A stretch of DNA of 64,000 nucleotides. Source: Podarcis pityusensis. Its lineage: Eukaryota. The stretch lies in the NCBI GenBank assembly GCA_964106645.2, contig OZ067047.1, one strand, 5' to 3'. Below the pieces are notes generated by a model, which ran no database searches, was not told the origin of the DNA, and saw only the letters and a program-made list of their open reading frames with translations. Position numbers and translations under genes: made by a program. Below are positions 60,818 through 64,000 of the stretch, one piece after another (position 1 is the stretch's first letter; each line of letters starts with the position of its first letter).

Positions 60818-62070
60818 CTATTGATAGTTTATTATTTTTATCTTTAGTATCTCCTCAGTCATGTAAATAATTGTGCACACACATTTTCCCTAGGTTTGGA
60901 GGCAGCTATTTTTATTGAGAAATAGCATCTTGGCTTATCACAATAGCACATTGTTATTCTGGTATCAGAAATTCAAGGGTTCTAGAATCTGATTGAGCTT
61001 TACTGGATACCAAGGAAACCAGACAGATGGACAGTTGTCAAACCTACTTGTCAACTCTCAGATATCTGTGCAGGCTGGGCAAACTACAAGCATTATTTAG
61101 CAGGAAGATGTTAATCCCCTTGATATCTTTGTTTGGAGGAGGAGAGCTCAAATTCATACTGGAATCGAAATGAACTGGGAATTCAGCAACACCCAAAATA
61201 ACTTACTTTAGCTATGTGAGAGCTCCCAAGGTGGCTAGGAAAGCCCCTTCTCCCACTGTCCATGCCACCCACCCTGAAGATGTTTTTCTTGATGGTACAT
61301 TATAGTATATTCAGGGTACCATATGGGTTATCATCTCCCTGGTTCTTCAACACAATACACATTGAACATGACAATGCTTGTTTCTTCTAACAAAATTATA
61401 AAAGGGTTGCATTTTGAAACACTGCTCAAAGCAAGCTGTTATTCACCACTGGGGGAAAGTATGCAAAGCTAGTGTGATGTAGTTGCTAGAGTCCAATATA
61501 AACCTGCACTCTGATGTGACACTCATTAGGTATTCCTGAGCAAGTCAGATCTGTGACAGCAAAAATTGTTGCTTTAATCTCCTTGGAGAAACAAAAGGTT
61601 ACAAATTTTATATGACCTTGTTATGTCAACAACAGATTCATCATAAGTGATGTCAGTTGTCAAGGAATGGCCACATCATGAACAGCACACTTTCATAGCC
61701 CTGGAAACAAAATTACCTAAGATTCAAAATTATAGATACTGTACTGAACTTGCTGAATCCTTGAAAATAACTGGCTTATAAAATCACTGGAATCAAAAGT
61801 GCAACAGATTTGCAAAGAGACTGTTACACAATAATTCTTTTCCTGCGTCAAACAAAGGTCTGACTTGTCTGGATTTGGTTTCCAGCAGCGACCAACCAGC
61901 TGCTTCTGGAAGCTTCCAAGCAAAGCGGGTGATGGGTCATACTTTGTATCTTGTACTCAGAAGTGTAGTGTGTCCACTTACAGACACTTTCTGTATAGCT
62001 ATAATGGCAAATAACTGATTTGACCTACACACAAATTGTCTCATTCTGCTTTTAAGCCATATGAGCTAGT

Positions 62071-62431
62071 AAAGGTAAAGGACCCCTGACAGTTACCGTA
62101 AGTCCAGTCGCAGACAACTCTGTTTGTGGTGCTCATCTCGCTTTACTGGCCGAGGGACCCGATGTTTGTCCACAGTTTTTCCGGGTCATGTGGCCAGCAT
62201 GACTAAGCCGCTTCTGGCAAAACCAGAGCAGTGCATGAAAACGCCGTTTACCTTCCCGCTGGAGCAGTACCTATTTATCTACTTGCACTTTGACGTGCTT
62301 TCAAAATGCTAGGTTGACAGGAGCTGGGACTGAGCAAGGGAGCTCTCCCTGTTGTTGGGATTCAAACCACCGACCTTCCGATCAGCAAGCCCTAGGCTCA
62401 GTGGTTTAAACCACAATGCCACCCACGTCCC
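62071..62431 (-). mobile_element. Sauria SINE, full length with TSD
   Basis: aaaggtaaagg tail to ...cacccacgtccc head; 12-bp TSD atatgagctagt (62059-62070) and atctaagctagt (62432-62443); inserted in an older CR1-like remnant. Confidence 0.92.
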
Positions 62432-62729
62432 ATCTAAGCTAGTAGTCCTCACCATAACTCATGGCAGTGAACTCCACAAGTTTATTTTGCTATGTGAAGT
62501 ACTTCCTTTGGCCTTCTGTGAATTTAATGCAAATCTGTTCCTGCAGAGGAATGTCCAAGTTCTACTGTAATGACATTTCTGTTATCAGTCTGTCCACACT
62601 ACATATGTTAATAAACATATGCAAAGGCAGCTCATACAGATACTACTAAAAATCTAATCTCTTGGGCCTTTGCTTACATGGAAGATTCTCTTATCTCTTG
62701 CTGATTTTAGCTACCCCCTTATAAATTAT

Positions 62730-63245
62730 TATTTATTTGCAAATGTAACAAGGAAAGGGGAAAAAAGATAAAAGGAAACAAGGTAAATTAAAGTTGAAGA
62801 AAGAAGAGGGAAAAATAGTATACAAATAATACTAATATCAACGGTAGATCACCATTGGTACACAAATCTTAAACATGCAAGTTAATACAGAAGTGCTCCA
62901 GATATCCACACAACGTTGGGGCAGTGAGATCTTAAGACCATTTTGTAATAGACCCATCTCTAATTCTTCCAACTCCACTATAAACTGGGGCAAGCAATAT
63001 TCAAAGCAGGGCCACACCATACTTTACATTTTCAAAAAATAATAATATGGAAATACCAGGCGTTCCCCACTAGTTTATATAAAGGAATCGATGCATTCAT
63101 TATTCCTAACCACCCCTAACACGGAATATGCCCCCCCTAACCCCACTGCAACAATGGAAGCTATTTTCAGTAAGAATTTTGCCAAGACCCCTCAAAACTT
63201 CTTCGGGAGTTGAAGCCAATAGGGACAATAGTATATGTGGAGAGT
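62730..63245 (-). mobile_element. L1/Tx1-like 3' fragment abutting the ADSL promoter
   Basis: Minus-strand VWPCFEY resembles the ORF2 C-terminus, followed by a pyrimidine-rich tail. Confidence 0.35.
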
Positions 63246-63249
63246 TAAC

Positions 63250-63501
63250 TCTGAGGGTAGCGAGGGCTGCAGTGCAGCCTCCCAAGCAGCAGGGGCCGCT
63301 GCGACCCCGACCCAGTCCAGTCACGGGCGAACCGGAAGGGGGCCGGGGACGCCGGAGGTGAGGTTGACTTGGGGGCGGGCCTAAGGGCGGGACCTCTCCG
63401 CTCCCTTTATTACGGCCCTGGGGCAACTGCCTCCCTTTCGCCTGCGGGTTGCAGCTGCTTCTCTCGAGGGTGTCGCTTCCCTGCGCGGGACCTTCTTCAC
63501 G
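63250..63501 (+). promoter_or_regulatory. ADSL: ADSL CpG-island promoter and 5'UTR
   Basis: CpG-dense; ETS/GABP-like CCGGAAG at 63332-63338; GC boxes GGGCGG at 63373-63378 and 63385-63390; directly upstream of the ATG. Confidence 0.8.
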
Positions 63502-63645
63502 ATGGCCGAGGAGGATCCTTTCTGCCGCTACCGCTCCCCTCTAGTCTCGCGCTACGCCAGTCCCGACATGGCTTTTAACTTCAGCGAGAGGAAGAAGTTC
63601 AGCACCTGGCGGCGCCTCTGGCTTTACTTGGCCAAGGCTGAGAAG
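63502..63645 (+). CDS. ADSL: Adenylosuccinate lyase exon 1 ([48 protein letters not shown])
   Basis: YRSPLxSRYAS...KFxTWRRLW is the ADSL N-terminus; acgATGG Kozak context; AAG|gtgggc donor; synteny with TNRC6B. Confidence 0.96.
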
Positions 63646-63976
63646 GTGGGCGCGCGCGGGTTCGTGGCTGTGCCAGACAAGCTCATTAAGTGGAGATGCC
63701 CCTGTCAATGCAATGGGGGTTGTGGCATTTGCAGTTTTACTGACTCTGCCACACACACACAGAGCTAACAGACCTCCTTCTGCGCAACAGGTTAAGGGGC
63801 AACATGCCTGTTCTGTTTGACGCCACTGTTTGCATACCTACATGGCCTTTATACTTCTCTCTGTGTGTGCACATCTGCCCAGTTTTGTTAATAATGCACT
63901 AGAACTGGAGAGTCATCCACTGAAGCCGAATGGTAGGCAGCCAAAATTTATCCCCACCCCCTGCCCCTACTCAGTA

Positions 63977-64000
63977 CAGTGGTACCTTGGGTTACAGACG
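63977..64000. mobile_element. Start of another family A Tc1/mariner MITE in ADSL intron 1, cut by the window edge
   Basis: TA|CAGTGGTACCTTGGGTTAC matches the TIR at 6935. Confidence 0.75.

Larger units (their letters stand above)
48755..60840 (+). other. TNRC6B: Probable ~12 kb TNRC6B 3'UTR
   Basis: AT-rich, with none of the young lizard TEs that fill the introns. Ends at AATAAA followed by a U-rich tract. Mammalian TNRC6B is known for a very long 3'UTR. The exact 3' end is inferred. Confidence 0.7.

Overview
Vertebrate genomic DNA from a squamate reptile, most likely a lacertid lizard, judging by Sauria-SINE copies and lizard-type CR1/L2/hAT/Tc1-mariner repeats. The + strand carries almost all of TNRC6B (GW182 family, miRNA-silencing scaffold). 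I read 22 coding exons from 5652 to the TGA at 48752-48754, all with GT-AG boundaries and consistent phase: 5479 nt, about 1827 aa if the upstream exon outside the window supplies ATGAG as in human. A ~12 kb, nearly transposon-free 3'UTR follows, ending near AATAAA 60812. Then come the CpG-island promoter and exon 1 of ADSL (63502-63645), the same gene order as human 22q13. Exon numbers follow my recollection of the human long isoform. Introns are rich in SINEs, LINE fragments and MITEs, several nested. No prokaryote-type system is present. Best leads: (1) a duplicated 28-nt hairpin element in the distal 3'UTR, next to an ancient MIR SINE carrying a let-7 8mer; (2) four N-runs that all lie in TNRC6B exons, keep the reading frame and look like masked ultraconserved sequence; (3) proximal versus distal poly(A) signals; (4) two intronic fold-back inverted repeats.
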